Shown: positions 1 to 9,104 of the stretch, in pieces
Layout: each line of letters opens with the position of its first letter
Position numbering within the stretch: position 1 is the stretch's first letter
Assembly: GCA_964415615.1 (NCBI GenBank)
Contig: CAYQAW010000005.1
Coordinates: 1,902-65,901, forward strand
DNA: 64,000 nt
DNA from: an uncultured Gammaproteobacteria bacterium
GTDB taxonomy: Bacteria > Patescibacteriota > Microgenomatia > Daviesbacterales > UBA10151
Reading direction: 5' to 3'
Position numbers and translations under genes: made by a program
Notes under the pieces: generated by a model
Databases searched by the model: none
Told to the model about the DNA's origin: nothing
What the model saw: the letters and a program-made list of their open reading frames with translations, nothing else

Positions 1-2
1 CA

Positions 3-539
3 AAAGAAGGATACACTGCGCCAAACGGAGAAAAATTGGTTGAGAAACGTGGTATTGAAGTAGGAAATATTTTCCAGCTTGGTTTTCATTACTCATCCAG
101 GATGAAAGGAGCTAATTTTAGAGATGCTGATGGGCAGGAAAAGCCATATTATATGGGCTGTTATGGTATAGGGCTTGCAAGGACACTTGCAGCAATAGTT
201 GAGGTTTACAATGATGAGAAAGGAATTATTTGGCCAGAAAGTATAGCTCCATATATGGTTCATCTGGTGGGATTGGATTTAGAAGGGGAAAGCGTAAAGG
301 GTAAAGCGGAAAGTATATACAAATTATTACAGGCAGAGGGTATAGAAGTCTTATTTGATGATAGGCAAGATATCTCAGCAGGAGCTAAATTTGCTGATGC
401 AGATTTACTGGGAATCCCATACAGGATAGTTATTTCCAAAAAAACTAAGGATCAGCTGGAAGTTAAAAAAAGATCAGAAAAAGAAACCAAGTTTTTGGAA
501 TTTGAAGAACTGCTAAAATTTTTGGGACAAAAACCCTAG
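3..539 (+). CDS. proS: Prolyl-tRNA synthetase, C-terminal part (begins before window)
   Basis: GIEVGNIFQLG, MGCYGIG, DDR and ADADLLGIP motifs; frame open to window edge. Confidence 0.95.
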   Translation, partial: KEGYTAPNGEKLVEKRGIEVGNIFQLGFHYSSRMKGANFRDADGQEKPYYMGCYGIGLARTLAAIVEVYNDEKGIIWPESIAPYMVHLVGLDLEGESVKGKAESIYKLLQAEGIEVLFDDRQDISAGAKFADADLLGIPYRIVISKKTKDQLEVKKRSEKETKFLEFEELLKFLGQKP

Positions 540-551
540 GTGTAGCTTCAC

Positions 552-570
552 TCCCACCTCGGAGGTGGGA
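552..570. repeat. Short palindrome TCCCACCTC-G-GAGGTGGGA (REP-like or terminator)
   Basis: Perfect 9-bp inverted repeat after proS; related CACCTGGGAGGTG lies inside prfA at 60668. Confidence 0.6.
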
Positions 571-614
571 TCAGGATTGATTTTAAGGCTCATTTCTGGT
601 ACATTACCTAACTA

Positions 615-1703
615 ATGATAACTAAAAATATTGTAAAGCTTCCAAAATCTATAGTTGAAGTAACAATAACAGCTCCTTGGGTTGATATGGCTCAAAGCTG
701 GGATGCTACTTTGCAGAAAATGGCTCAAGATATAGAGTTGTCTGGTTTTAGAAAAGGTGCAGCGCCTTTGCCTGTGGTAGAGCAGCAACTTGGAACAAGG
801 CTTCAGGATGAAGTCTTAAAAACTGCTATGCCTAATTTTTTAATAGAGGCCTTAAAAGGCAGTGATATTGTCCCAATTGACTATCCCAAGTATGATCTAA
901 TTTCTTTCACAAAAGGGCAGCAAATGCAATTTAAGGCAACTGTTACCAACAGACCAGCAGTCGCTGTCGGAAGCTATAAAACTATAAAAGTTTCAAAACC
1001 TACTCCAAAAGCTGTAACTGAGGAAGAAGTCCAAAAAGTGATAGATGATTTATATAAAAGATGGCAAGGAAGACAGTCATCAGCTGTCAGTCCTCAGCCT
1101 TCAGCCACACAGAATCAAAATACAGCAGGAGGAACAGGTCCTTCTGGATCTATTAGTTTTCAAGCTAATGGACAAACAAGCGGGCCAGATGATACTTTTG
1201 CTAAAGCCATGGGAGCTATGAGTTTAATAGATTTAAAAACTAAAGTCAGGAAAGATTTAGAAGCCAATGTTTCTTATAATAATGAGTTAGATTATGAAGA
1301 AGCCATCCTACAAGAAGTAGAAAAAATTACCACAGTAGAACTACCGGAAATCTTAATTCAGGATGAATTAAATAGAATGTTAGTTTCTTTGCAAAGAAGG
1401 GTTGCAGATATGGGACTGCTTTTAGAGGATTATCTAAAAGGCCAGGGCAAAACTTTAGAACAGCTTAAAAAAGAGTGGACAGTTCAAGCTGAGAAAAATG
1501 TCAGGATGGAGTTAGGGCTTGCTGATATTGCCAGACAAGAAAATGTAGCTATTTCTGATACAGAGCTGCAGGCTGAGATTGATAAAATCCAAGACCAAAA
1601 AGTTAAATCCCAATTTGATGCTCAAGAGCCAAGACTACATTTAAGGCATGCCTTGAGACAAACCAGAACCCTAGATCTTTTAAAGAAATTAGTAGGTGGG
1701 TAA
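615..1703 (+). CDS. tig: Trigger factor lacking a recognisable FKBP PPIase domain
   Basis: GFRKG ribosome-binding motif and C-terminal chaperone domain; middle is a low-complexity linker. Confidence 0.9.
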   Translation: MITKNIVKLPKSIVEVTITAPWVDMAQSWDATLQKMAQDIELSGFRKGAAPLPVVEQQLGTRLQDEVLKTAMPNFLIEALKGSDIVPIDYPKYDLISFTKGQQMQFKATVTNRPAVAVGSYKTIKVSKPTPKAVTEEEVQKVIDDLYKRWQGRQSSAVSPQPSATQNQNTAGGTGPSGSISFQANGQTSGPDDTFAKAMGAMSLIDLKTKVRKDLEANVSYNNELDYEEAILQEVEKITTVELPEILIQDELNRMLVSLQRRVADMGLLLEDYLKGQGKTLEQLKKEWTVQAEKNVRMELGLADIARQENVAISDTELQAEIDKIQDQKVKSQFDAQEPRLHLRHALRQTRTLDLLKKLVGG

Positions 1704-2035
1704 TGGATGATTGTATTTTTTGTAAGATAATCAGAAAAGAGATACCTAAAGACTTAGGTTACGAGTCTGAAAACTTAGTAGCTTTTGCAGATATCAATCC
1801 TTCAGCAGATATTCATCTTTTAATTGTGCCAAAGGAGCATATTGCTGGGGTATCTGATTTAGATGAGACATGTGGAAGTTTGCTGACTGAAGTCTATAAA
1901 GTAGCCAATAAGCTCGTAAATGATAATAATTTAACTGATAAAGCTTATAGAGTAGTAGTAAATGGCGGTAAGGCTCAACATGTGCCCCATTTACATTTCC
2001 ATCTATTGGGTGGACAATTAAAAAAACTGGTTTAA
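1703..2035 (+). CDS. HIT family nucleotide-binding protein
   Basis: DCIFCKII start and HVPHLHFH histidine triad. Confidence 0.95.
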   Translation: MDDCIFCKIIRKEIPKDLGYESENLVAFADINPSADIHLLIVPKEHIAGVSDLDETCGSLLTEVYKVANKLVNDNNLTDKAYRVVVNGGKAQHVPHLHFHLLGGQLKKLV

Positions 2036-2122
2036 ATTTATAACCGCTTTGCCAAAAGCAAAGAAAGGTTACAGTCTTCCGTGGACATTAAATGCAAAGC
2101 GGATGTAAACATACAAAAGAAA

Positions 2123-2153
2123 AAACCGAGGACTTTCAGTCCGCGGAAGTTTA
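2123..2153 (+). mobile_element. Possible IS200/IS605-family end hairpin remnant
   Basis: CCGAGGACT-TTC-AGTCCGCGG imperfect hairpin followed by AAGTTTA; no tnpA/tnpB nearby. Confidence 0.35.
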
Positions 2154-2178
2154 TAAAAGGAGGTGTTTTTAATATTTT

Positions 2179-2376
2179 ATGTCAATAATAGTTAAAGCAG
2201 GCCCGGGCGATAGCACGGATTCAGTGATTAGAAAATTTCAAAAAAAGGTTGTAATGGAGGGATTAGTTCAAGAAATTAGGGATAGATCTGTTTACAGGAA
2301 GCCATCACAGCTTCGTCAAGAATATCTGGCAGAAAAACGCAGGAAAATTATGCGGGCCAAAAGATATGCTAGATAA
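2179..2376 (+). CDS. rpsU: 30S ribosomal protein S21
   Basis: 65 aa basic protein with IRKFQKKV...YRKPS pattern; followed by yqeY; AAAGGAGGT SD upstream. Confidence 0.9.
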   Translation: MSIIVKAGPGDSTDSVIRKFQKKVVMEGLVQEIRDRSVYRKPSQLRQEYLAEKRRKIMRAKRYAR

Positions 2377-2809
2377 AATCCAATCTGATTTAAAACAGGC
2401 ACAGCTGGCAAGGGATGAAATTAAGGTTTCTACCTTGAGGCTTTTGCTTTCAGAAATTAAAAATGCTGAGATTGCAAAGGGCAACTCACTTGCCCAGCAA
2501 GATATAATTTCTGTTATCCAAAAAGAAGTCAAAAAGAGAAAAGAAGCTGCAAATGCTTTTAGGTTTGGTGGCAGAGAAGAGTCTGCAGTCAAAGAAGAAT
2601 CTGAACTTAAAGTTTTAGAGCAGTATCTTCCTGCGCAAATCTCAACTGAGGAATTGACTAAAATAGTGGAAGAGTCTATAAATGAACAGGGGGCAACTTC
2701 TATACAGGACATGGGTAAAGTAATAGGAGCGGTGATGGGTAAGGTAAAAGGTCAGACTGATGGAGGCGCGGTAAGCGCTTTGGTAAAAGAGAAACTTTTG
2801 CAGATGTAA
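2366..2809 (+). CDS. yqeY: GatB/YqeY domain protein
   Basis: STLRLLLSEIKN, YLPAQ and DMGKVIGAVM motifs. Confidence 0.92.
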   Translation: MLDKIQSDLKQAQLARDEIKVSTLRLLLSEIKNAEIAKGNSLAQQDIISVIQKEVKKRKEAANAFRFGGREESAVKEESELKVLEQYLPAQISTEELTKIVEESINEQGATSIQDMGKVIGAVMGKVKGQTDGGAVSALVKEKLLQM

Positions 2810-2869
2810 AAGGGTAAAGGGATAAGCGTGAAGGGTAAAGTAATTACTTCCCCCTTTCCGCTTTACGCT
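2810..2869. repeat. AAG(G/C)GNN heptamer tandem repeat followed by its inverted counterpart
   Basis: aagggta aagggat aagcgtg aagggta aag ... cttcccc ctttccg ctttacg ct. Confidence 0.75.
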
Positions 2870-2876
2870 AAAAAAT

Positions 2877-3290
2877 ATGGTTAACATCATTGTAAATTCA
2901 GATCCAAGATATAATGTAAATAAAGATAGTATTAGAGAAATTATAGCTGAAACGCTAAGAAAACTTCATGTTTCTGGCAGGGTTGAGATAGGAGTAAATA
3001 TTGTAGGTGATAGGAAAATGCATGAACTAAACAGAAAGTTCAGAGGACTGGATTCTACCACTAATATTCTATCTTTTGCCTTGGAGGATACAACTCCTTC
3101 TAGTTTGCAGCATATTCCTAAAATTGGATTTGTGGCAGCCCCAGATAAATGGTTACGACTTGGGGATATTGTTATTTCCTATCCGCAAGCATTAGAAGAT
3201 GCTTCTATGGATGGAATCTCTGTTGATACAGAAATTAGGAATTTAGTGGAACATGGTTTAAATCACCTGTTAGGAATTCATCACAATTAA
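2877..3290 (+). CDS. ybeY: rRNA maturation endoribonuclease YbeY
   Basis: LNRKFRG..TNILSF, LGDIVIS and HGLNHLLGIHH motifs. Confidence 0.93.
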   Translation: MVNIIVNSDPRYNVNKDSIREIIAETLRKLHVSGRVEIGVNIVGDRKMHELNRKFRGLDSTTNILSFALEDTTPSSLQHIPKIGFVAAPDKWLRLGDIVISYPQALEDASMDGISVDTEIRNLVEHGLNHLLGIHHN

Positions 3291-4876
3291 TGTCTAATAT
3301 AGCCTTTTATTTAAAGTATCGTCCTCAAACTTTGGGAGAATTAGTAGGTCAAGAAGCTGTCAGAAAAACCCTTCTCTCATCTTTTCAAAATAGTAAGCTC
3401 TCACATGCTTATCTATTTGTAGGCCCAAGGGGAACTGGGAAAACCTCAACAGCTCGAATACTGGCCAAAATGGTCAATTGTGAGGGTAAGGGGGAAAGCG
3501 GAAAGGGTGAAGTTCCCTGTAATCAATGTTCAATCTGTGTTTCCATTACTGATGGATCTAATTTAGACCTTATTGAAATTGATGCTGCTTCAAACAGGGG
3601 TATAGAAGATATCAGGTCTTTAAGGGATAAAATCAAGCTTGCTCCCAGCAGTTGCAAAAAGAAGGTCTATATTATTGATGAAGTTCATATGTTAACTCCT
3701 GAGGCTTTTAATGCTTTACTTAAAACTTTGGAAGAACCACCCTCTCATGTTTTATTTATTTTAGCAACCACCGAAGTCACAAAAATCCCTCAGACAATTT
3801 TATCAAGAGCTCAAAAGTTAGATTTTAAACTGGCCACATCTTCAGAATTACTGGAAGCTTTAGAAAGAATTGTTAAAAAAGAAGACATAGATATAGATCA
3901 AGAGGCTTTAAAAGCCTTGGTTAAAAAATCAGATGGATCTTTTAGAGATGGAGTTAAGCTTCTGGATCAAGTAGCTTCTATTGGGGAGAAAATTACCACT
4001 TCCTTTATTGAAGAAAATCTTAAATCCTCACAATTTGAAAGTATTTTGAGTCTGATACAAGCTTTTAAAGATAAAAATGCTGCTGAAGGATTGCTTAATA
4101 TTAGCAAGCAACTGGAGAGTGGAGTTGATGCTAAACAATTAATTTTGTCTCTGATGGATACTTTTAGGAGTTTAGTTTTTATTAAAAATAATGTTGGTGA
4201 GCAGTTGGTAAAAAATGGTTTAATAGAAGATAAATATCAGCAGTTAGTAAAAATTTCTGAAGATTTATCTATATCTGATTTAACTGAAAGTCTAAATGCT
4301 TTGCAAAACGCTTTGGAGAAATTAAAATTTGCTTCAATCCCATCTTTGCCTTTGGAGCTGGCAGTTGTAGAGATTTGCGGAGAACAATTGTCACATAAGA
4401 CGATAGATGATGGAAAATTGAAGATAGTGATAGAAGATAGCAAGATAGAAGATAGAAAAGTAATCAATCTTCAATCATCCATAGTCAAAGATTCATCTTC
4501 TATCATCTATGATCAATCGTCTAGCAATGATATCCAAAAGCTTAAGGAAAAGTGGACCTTTGTCTTAGAAACAATCAGACCATATAATTTTTCCTTAGAA
4601 GCTCTACTTAGGAATGTGATAATTAAAGACTGTACTTCTAATGCTGTAATCATGGAGGTGCCTTATTCTTTTCACCAAAGAATTTTAGAATCTCCTAAAA
4701 ACAGAGATCTTTTGGAGTCAATTTTCTCAGATATTTTAGGAAGAAGTATTAAGGCATCTACAGTATTGGGATTCAGGCCAACCAGAAAAGAAGATATAGC
4801 AAATATAGAAATAGCCCAGGACGATGAAATCATCAGAGCAGCAGCAGAAATCTTCAACTCTGATACAGTCAATTAA
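3290..4876 (+). CDS. dnaX: DNA polymerase III subunit gamma/tau
   Basis: KYRPQ, GPRGTGKT Walker A, Zn-binding Cys, IDEVHML and NALLKTLEEPP. Confidence 0.97.
   Translation: MSNIAFYLKYRPQTLGELVGQEAVRKTLLSSFQNSKLSHAYLFVGPRGTGKTSTARILAKMVNCEGKGESGKGEVPCNQCSICVSITDGSNLDLIEIDAASNRGIEDIRSLRDKIKLAPSSCKKKVYIIDEVHMLTPEAFNALLKTLEEPPSHVLFILATTEVTKIPQTILSRAQKLDFKLATSSELLEALERIVKKEDIDIDQEALKALVKKSDGSFRDGVKLLDQVASIGEKITTSFIEENLKSSQFESILSLIQAFKDKNAAEGLLNISKQLESGVDAKQLILSLMDTFRSLVFIKNNVGEQLVKNGLIEDKYQQLVKISEDLSISDLTESLNALQNALEKLKFASIPSLPLELAVVEICGEQLSHKTIDDGKLKIVIEDSKIEDRKVINLQSSIVKDSSSIIYDQSSSNDIQKLKEKWTFVLETIRPYNFSLEALLRNVIIKDCTSNAVIMEVPYSFHQRILESPKNRDLLESIFSDILGRSIKASTVLGFRPTRKEDIANIEIAQDDEIIRAAAEIFNSDTVN
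4844..4876 (+). repeat. Direct repeat copy 1: dnaX last 11 codons (copy 2 at 5579-5611)
   Basis: gcagaaatcttcaactctgatacagtcaattaa vs gcagaaatctttaattctgatacaataaattaa, 29/33 identical. Confidence 0.9.
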
Positions 4877-4937
4877 TTATAATAATACTATTGTCTTATT
4901 GATAATTAAATAGCAATGAGATACAATTGTTATTGAT

Positions 4938-5174
4938 ATGGAAACTCTGACTACTATTACTCCTAAATTCCAAGTTCATATTCCAGTTGCCATCCGCAAA
5001 AAAATTGGCCTGAAAAAACACGGAAGGGCTATCATCAGGGTAGAAAAGAAAAAAATTATTATTGAACCTATTAAGTCTGATTTTTTATCATTGGGAGGAA
5101 AGTTTAGAGTTAAAAATCCCATCCCTGCAGAGAAAATTAGAGATTACATCGATTATACTGAGGGACGATATTAA
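4938..5174 (+). CDS. AbrB/MazE-type antitoxin (VapB)
   Basis: TTITPKFQVHIPVAIRKKIGL AbrB signature; upstream of PIN toxin. Confidence 0.88.
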   Translation: METLTTITPKFQVHIPVAIRKKIGLKKHGRAIIRVEKKKIIIEPIKSDFLSLGGKFRVKNPIPAEKIRDYIDYTEGRY

Positions 5175-5179
5175 TTTTT

Positions 5180-5611
5180 GTGGATAAGATATTTATAGAT
5201 ACAAGTATCTTTATCAGATTTTTGACTAAAGATATCCCAGAAAAATATGAGGAGTGTGAAAACCTTTTTAAGATTATCCAGAATGGGGAGGCTAAATCAT
5301 ATATTTCAAATTTTGTGATTTTTGAGATAGTATTTGTACTCACCCGCCAGTATAAATTTCCTAAGAAAAGAGTTTTGCAAATACTCGATCAAATACTCAA
5401 GATCCGTAATATCATAGTAATTGAACAGACTGATGTTACTAAAGCTGTGAAGTTTTACAATAAATACAATATCAAGTACGGAGATTGTGTTATCGCCACA
5501 CAAATTCCTAAAGGAGTTAGTATAGTTACTTATGACGCGGATTTTTCTAAAATACCTTCCTTAAAGTCCATCACACCCGCAGAAATCTTTAATTCTGATA
5601 CAATAAATTAA
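5180..5611 (+). CDS. PIN-domain VapC toxin
   Basis: FIDTS, IFE, GDCVI and TYDADF acidic quartet; C-terminus AEIFNSDTIN comes from the dnaX duplicate. Confidence 0.9.
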   Translation: MDKIFIDTSIFIRFLTKDIPEKYEECENLFKIIQNGEAKSYISNFVIFEIVFVLTRQYKFPKKRVLQILDQILKIRNIIVIEQTDVTKAVKFYNKYNIKYGDCVIATQIPKGVSIVTYDADFSKIPSLKSITPAEIFNSDTIN

Positions 5612-5661
5612 ATTTTCCTCCTTGAAAAGTAAGTAATAGTTTTTATATACTCTTTGCATTA

Positions 5662-6951
5662 ATGGTATCAAAGGTTTTTAAATTAATTGCAGAAGAAGCC
5701 CACAGACAAAAGTATGGCCTGGAGATGATCCCCTCAGAAAATTATGTTTCAGAAGACGTCTTAAAAGCCCTAGGTTCAATTTTGACTAATAAATACTCAG
5801 AAGGTTTTCCTGGCAGAAGATATTATGGTGGTAATGAAGTTATTGATAAAATTGAAAGCTATGCTTGTGAGTTGGCAAATAAACTTTTTGGTACCAAATA
5901 TGCTTTTGTTCAGCCCTATTCTGGTTCTCCTGCAAATCAAGCTGTGACTTTAGCAGTATGTGAACCAGGTGATGTAGTGATGGGATTATCACTTGCATCA
6001 GGTGGTCATTTAACTCATGGAGCAAAGCTGTCTTTTTCCAGCATTTTTTACAAAGCTGTAAATTATGAGGTTGGTAAAGATTGGAAAATAGATTATGAAC
6101 AGCTGGAAGCTTTAGCTAAAAAGCATAAACCAAAATTAATTTGGGCTGGAACTACGGCTTATCCTTTTAAGTTAGATTATAAAAAGTTTAGACAAATTGC
6201 AGATATGGTGGGAGCAACTTTGGTTGCAGACTGTTCTCATATTACAGGGTTGATAATTGGAGGGGTGCATCAATCACCAGTTCCATATGTTGATTTGATA
6301 ATGACTACTACCCATAAAACTTTAAGAGGCCCTAGGGGAGCAATTATTTTAGTTACCCAAAGAGGTTTCAAAAAAGATCCGGAAATAAAAGCCAAAATAG
6401 AAAGAGCAATTATTCCTGGTATTCAGGGGGGTCCACATAATCATCAAACTGCAGCTATTGCAGTGTGTTTGGAAGAAGCCTTAAAGCCATCATTTAAAAA
6501 GTATGCTGAACAAATTGCTAAGAATGCTGAGGTTTTAGCAAAAGAATTAGGAACTGTTTCCCAAACTCATCTAGTGCTTTTAAGTCTAACGGATTATGGA
6601 TATGGAATGGGTTATCAAGCGCAGTTCGCTTTAGAAGAAGCAGGAATTACTGTTAATAAAAATTCTATTCCAGGTGAACCAGCCTCTCCTTTTTATCCCT
6701 CAGGAATAAGATTAGGTACTCCAGCTTTAACTACAAGAGGAATGAAGGAAAAAGATATGGTCAAGATTGCGGGTTGGATTAAGAGGGTTTTAGAAGAAAT
6801 CAGGGGTTTAGACTTACCAAAAGAGCAAGATAGCAGGAAAGACTTTTTGAAGGAAGCAAAGGCAATTTTACGTAAAAATAAAAACTTAAAACAAGTAAGA
6901 ATTGAAGTAGAACAGTTTGCTGGTAAATTTCCAGTTCCAGGGATCAAATAA
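5662..6951 (+). CDS. glyA: Serine hydroxymethyltransferase
   Basis: IPSEN, NKYSEGFPGRRYYGG and TTTHKTLRGPRG motifs. Confidence 0.97.
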   Translation: MVSKVFKLIAEEAHRQKYGLEMIPSENYVSEDVLKALGSILTNKYSEGFPGRRYYGGNEVIDKIESYACELANKLFGTKYAFVQPYSGSPANQAVTLAVCEPGDVVMGLSLASGGHLTHGAKLSFSSIFYKAVNYEVGKDWKIDYEQLEALAKKHKPKLIWAGTTAYPFKLDYKKFRQIADMVGATLVADCSHITGLIIGGVHQSPVPYVDLIMTTTHKTLRGPRGAIILVTQRGFKKDPEIKAKIERAIIPGIQGGPHNHQTAAIAVCLEEALKPSFKKYAEQIAKNAEVLAKELGTVSQTHLVLLSLTDYGYGMGYQAQFALEEAGITVNKNSIPGEPASPFYPSGIRLGTPALTTRGMKEKDMVKIAGWIKRVLEEIRGLDLPKEQDSRKDFLKEAKAILRKNKNLKQVRIEVEQFAGKFPVPGIK

Positions 6952-6952
6952 C

Positions 6953-7786
6953 ATGAAAGTATCTGGCAAAAAGGTTGCAGATATTATTGCCAAGAAACTC
7001 CAACAACAAGTACAATATTTAGAAGTTAAACCAGCCCTAGCTATAATTTTAGCAGGTGATAATCCAGCTTCCAGGATTTATGTTAATAATAAAATAATAA
7101 GGGCCCAAGAGGTAGGAGTTGAGGCTAGGCTTCTGGAATTTTCCCAAGACCAATTTGAGGATTGTTTAAAAACAATTGAGGATTTAAATTCTGATAAAAA
7201 TATTCATGGAATAATTATCCAGTATCCTACATATGAGGGTTGGGATTTTGATAAGTTACTTTCTAAAATTGATCCTAAAAAGGATGTTGATGGGTTTTTA
7301 CCAGACTCTCCTTTTTTTGGAGCTACAGCAGTAGGGGTGTGGGAAATGTTGACAGCTTTTGCCTATCAGGAAGGATTTAAAAAAACAGAAGATTTCTTGA
7401 AGGGTAAAAAGATTATTTTACTAGGTAGGGGTAAAACTGCTGGAAGGCCCACAAAGGAACTTTTAGAAAACAAGGGATTTGAGGTTGAAGTAGTTTCCAG
7501 AGAAACAGAAAATCCTGAAGAGGTAATAAAACAAGGAGATGTGGTAATTTCTGCAACAGGGGTAAAAAATATTATTAATAAATCTAACTTAAAAAGAGGA
7601 GTATATGTAATAGGAGTAGGTGTTGGGAAAGAGGTAATTGATGGTCAGTCAAAAATATATGGGGATATAAATGAGCAGGAAGTTGCAGAAGTAGCTAAAT
7701 TATATTGCCCAACCATTGGAGGTATAGGGCCATTAACAATTGTATCTCTTTTGGAAAATGTGATAAAATCAGCAAAAGGAGTTTAA
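6953..7786 (+). CDS. folD: Methylenetetrahydrofolate dehydrogenase/cyclohydrolase
   Basis: ASRIYVNNK, DPKKDVDG and GGIGPLT motifs; ATG at 6953 preferred. Confidence 0.93.
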   Translation: MKVSGKKVADIIAKKLQQQVQYLEVKPALAIILAGDNPASRIYVNNKIIRAQEVGVEARLLEFSQDQFEDCLKTIEDLNSDKNIHGIIIQYPTYEGWDFDKLLSKIDPKKDVDGFLPDSPFFGATAVGVWEMLTAFAYQEGFKKTEDFLKGKKIILLGRGKTAGRPTKELLENKGFEVEVVSRETENPEEVIKQGDVVISATGVKNIINKSNLKRGVYVIGVGVGKEVIDGQSKIYGDINEQEVAEVAKLYCPTIGGIGPLTIVSLLENVIKSAKGV

Positions 7787-7790
7787 ATAT

Positions 7791-8069
7791 ATGGGGTTAA
7801 TGGATAATTTAAAACAGCTTGGGGATCTCAAGAAGATGAGAGATCAAGCTATGGAAGTACAAAAAAGACTGGCTGGCATTAAAATTACTGTGGAACATAG
7901 AGGTGTAACAGTAGTGATGACTGCTGATCAAAAAGTTGTTTCCATTTCTGGAGATAATGATTTGAATAAAGTTGCTGAAGCAGTTAATGAAGCCTTAAAA
8001 CAATCTCAAAAAGTAGCAGCAGATGAGATGAAACCAATGATGGGTGGCATGGGCATCCCAGGGATGTAA
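7791..8069 (+). CDS. ybaB: YbaB/EbfC nucleoid-associated protein
   Basis: Size, M/Q-rich N-terminus and GMGIPGM tail; directly upstream of recR. Confidence 0.85.
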   Translation: MGLMDNLKQLGDLKKMRDQAMEVQKRLAGIKITVEHRGVTVVMTADQKVVSISGDNDLNKVAEAVNEALKQSQKVAADEMKPMMGGMGIPGM

Positions 8070-8101
8070 CTCCCTTATTTTTGTGCTAAAATTTGACCAC
8101 A

Positions 8102-8698
8102 ATGGCACATGTTCCCAAATCAGTTCAAAGTTTAATAGAAGCTTTTGAAAGGCTGCCTGGTATTGGTCCAAAAACAGCTCAAAGGCTAACTTATTATCTT
8201 CTTCATGCTCCTATTGAGGAAGCAAAAGCTTTAGCTGAGGCAGCTGTGGGAATGAAAGAAAAAACCAAGATTTGTTCTATTTGTTTCAATATTGGGGAGG
8301 AAGATCTCTGTCAAATTTGTTCTGATCCTAATAGAGAAAAGGAAGTCCTTGCTGTGGTAGAAAACCCTTTAGATGTTTTAGCTTTAGAAAAAGCAAATTT
8401 TAAGGGTCTTTACCATGTTTTACATGGAGTTATTTCACCTTTGGAAAATATTGGTCCTTCAGAAATTCATATCAGGGAGCTTTTGCCAAGACTTAAGGAT
8501 GGTAGTGTTAAGGAGATAATTTTAGCAACTAATCCAACCATGGAGGGAGAAGCTACTGCTATGTATATTCAGAGATTAATTGCTCCTTTGGGAGTTAAAG
8601 TTACCAGGATTGCGAGAGGTTTGCCAGTTGGATCAGATTTAGAGTATGCTGATGAGACAACATTATCCAGAGCATTGGAGGGTAGGAAAGAATACTAG
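8102..8698 (+). CDS. recR: Recombination mediator RecR
   Basis: LPGIGPKTAQR, C4 zinc finger, YHVLHG and ATNPTMEGEAT. Confidence 0.97.
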   Translation: MAHVPKSVQSLIEAFERLPGIGPKTAQRLTYYLLHAPIEEAKALAEAAVGMKEKTKICSICFNIGEEDLCQICSDPNREKEVLAVVENPLDVLALEKANFKGLYHVLHGVISPLENIGPSEIHIRELLPRLKDGSVKEIILATNPTMEGEATAMYIQRLIAPLGVKVTRIARGLPVGSDLEYADETTLSRALEGRKEY

Positions 8699-8699
8699 T

Positions 8700-9104
8700 A
8701 TGAAAGTTATTGGACAATTTAAAGATGAGATAGAAGATACAGCAGGTGAAGTTGCGCAAGATGTGAAAGACTCAGTAGGAGAGGCTATTGAACAAGGGAT
8801 TCAATCTGTAACTGCACCACAACTTACTCCTCAGCAAATGCAACAAAAACAACAGGAAGATCAAAAAAAAGAAATTGATAGACAAAAACAGATAGCTTAT
8901 ACCAGGAATTGGCTGGGTAATCTACAAATGGTCCAGCAAAAAGTCAGGCAGGAAAATAAACAAAAAGAAGAACAACGGTTACAAGCCCAGCAACAAGAAG
9001 AACAAGTTGCTGAAATGGAAGAAAAACAAGAAAAAGAAAAGCCAATTCATCCTGCTATAGCTTATGCTGGTAAAATAGAGATTAAAAGAGGAGTAGGAGG
9101 ATGA
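8700..9104 (+). CDS. Hypothetical Gln/Glu-rich coiled-coil protein
   Basis: ORF fills recR-cysS gap and overlaps cysS start; ATG at 8700. Confidence 0.7.
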   Translation: MKVIGQFKDEIEDTAGEVAQDVKDSVGEAIEQGIQSVTAPQLTPQQMQQKQQEDQKKEIDRQKQIAYTRNWLGNLQMVQQKVRQENKQKEEQRLQAQQQEEQVAEMEEKQEKEKPIHPAIAYAGKIEIKRGVGG

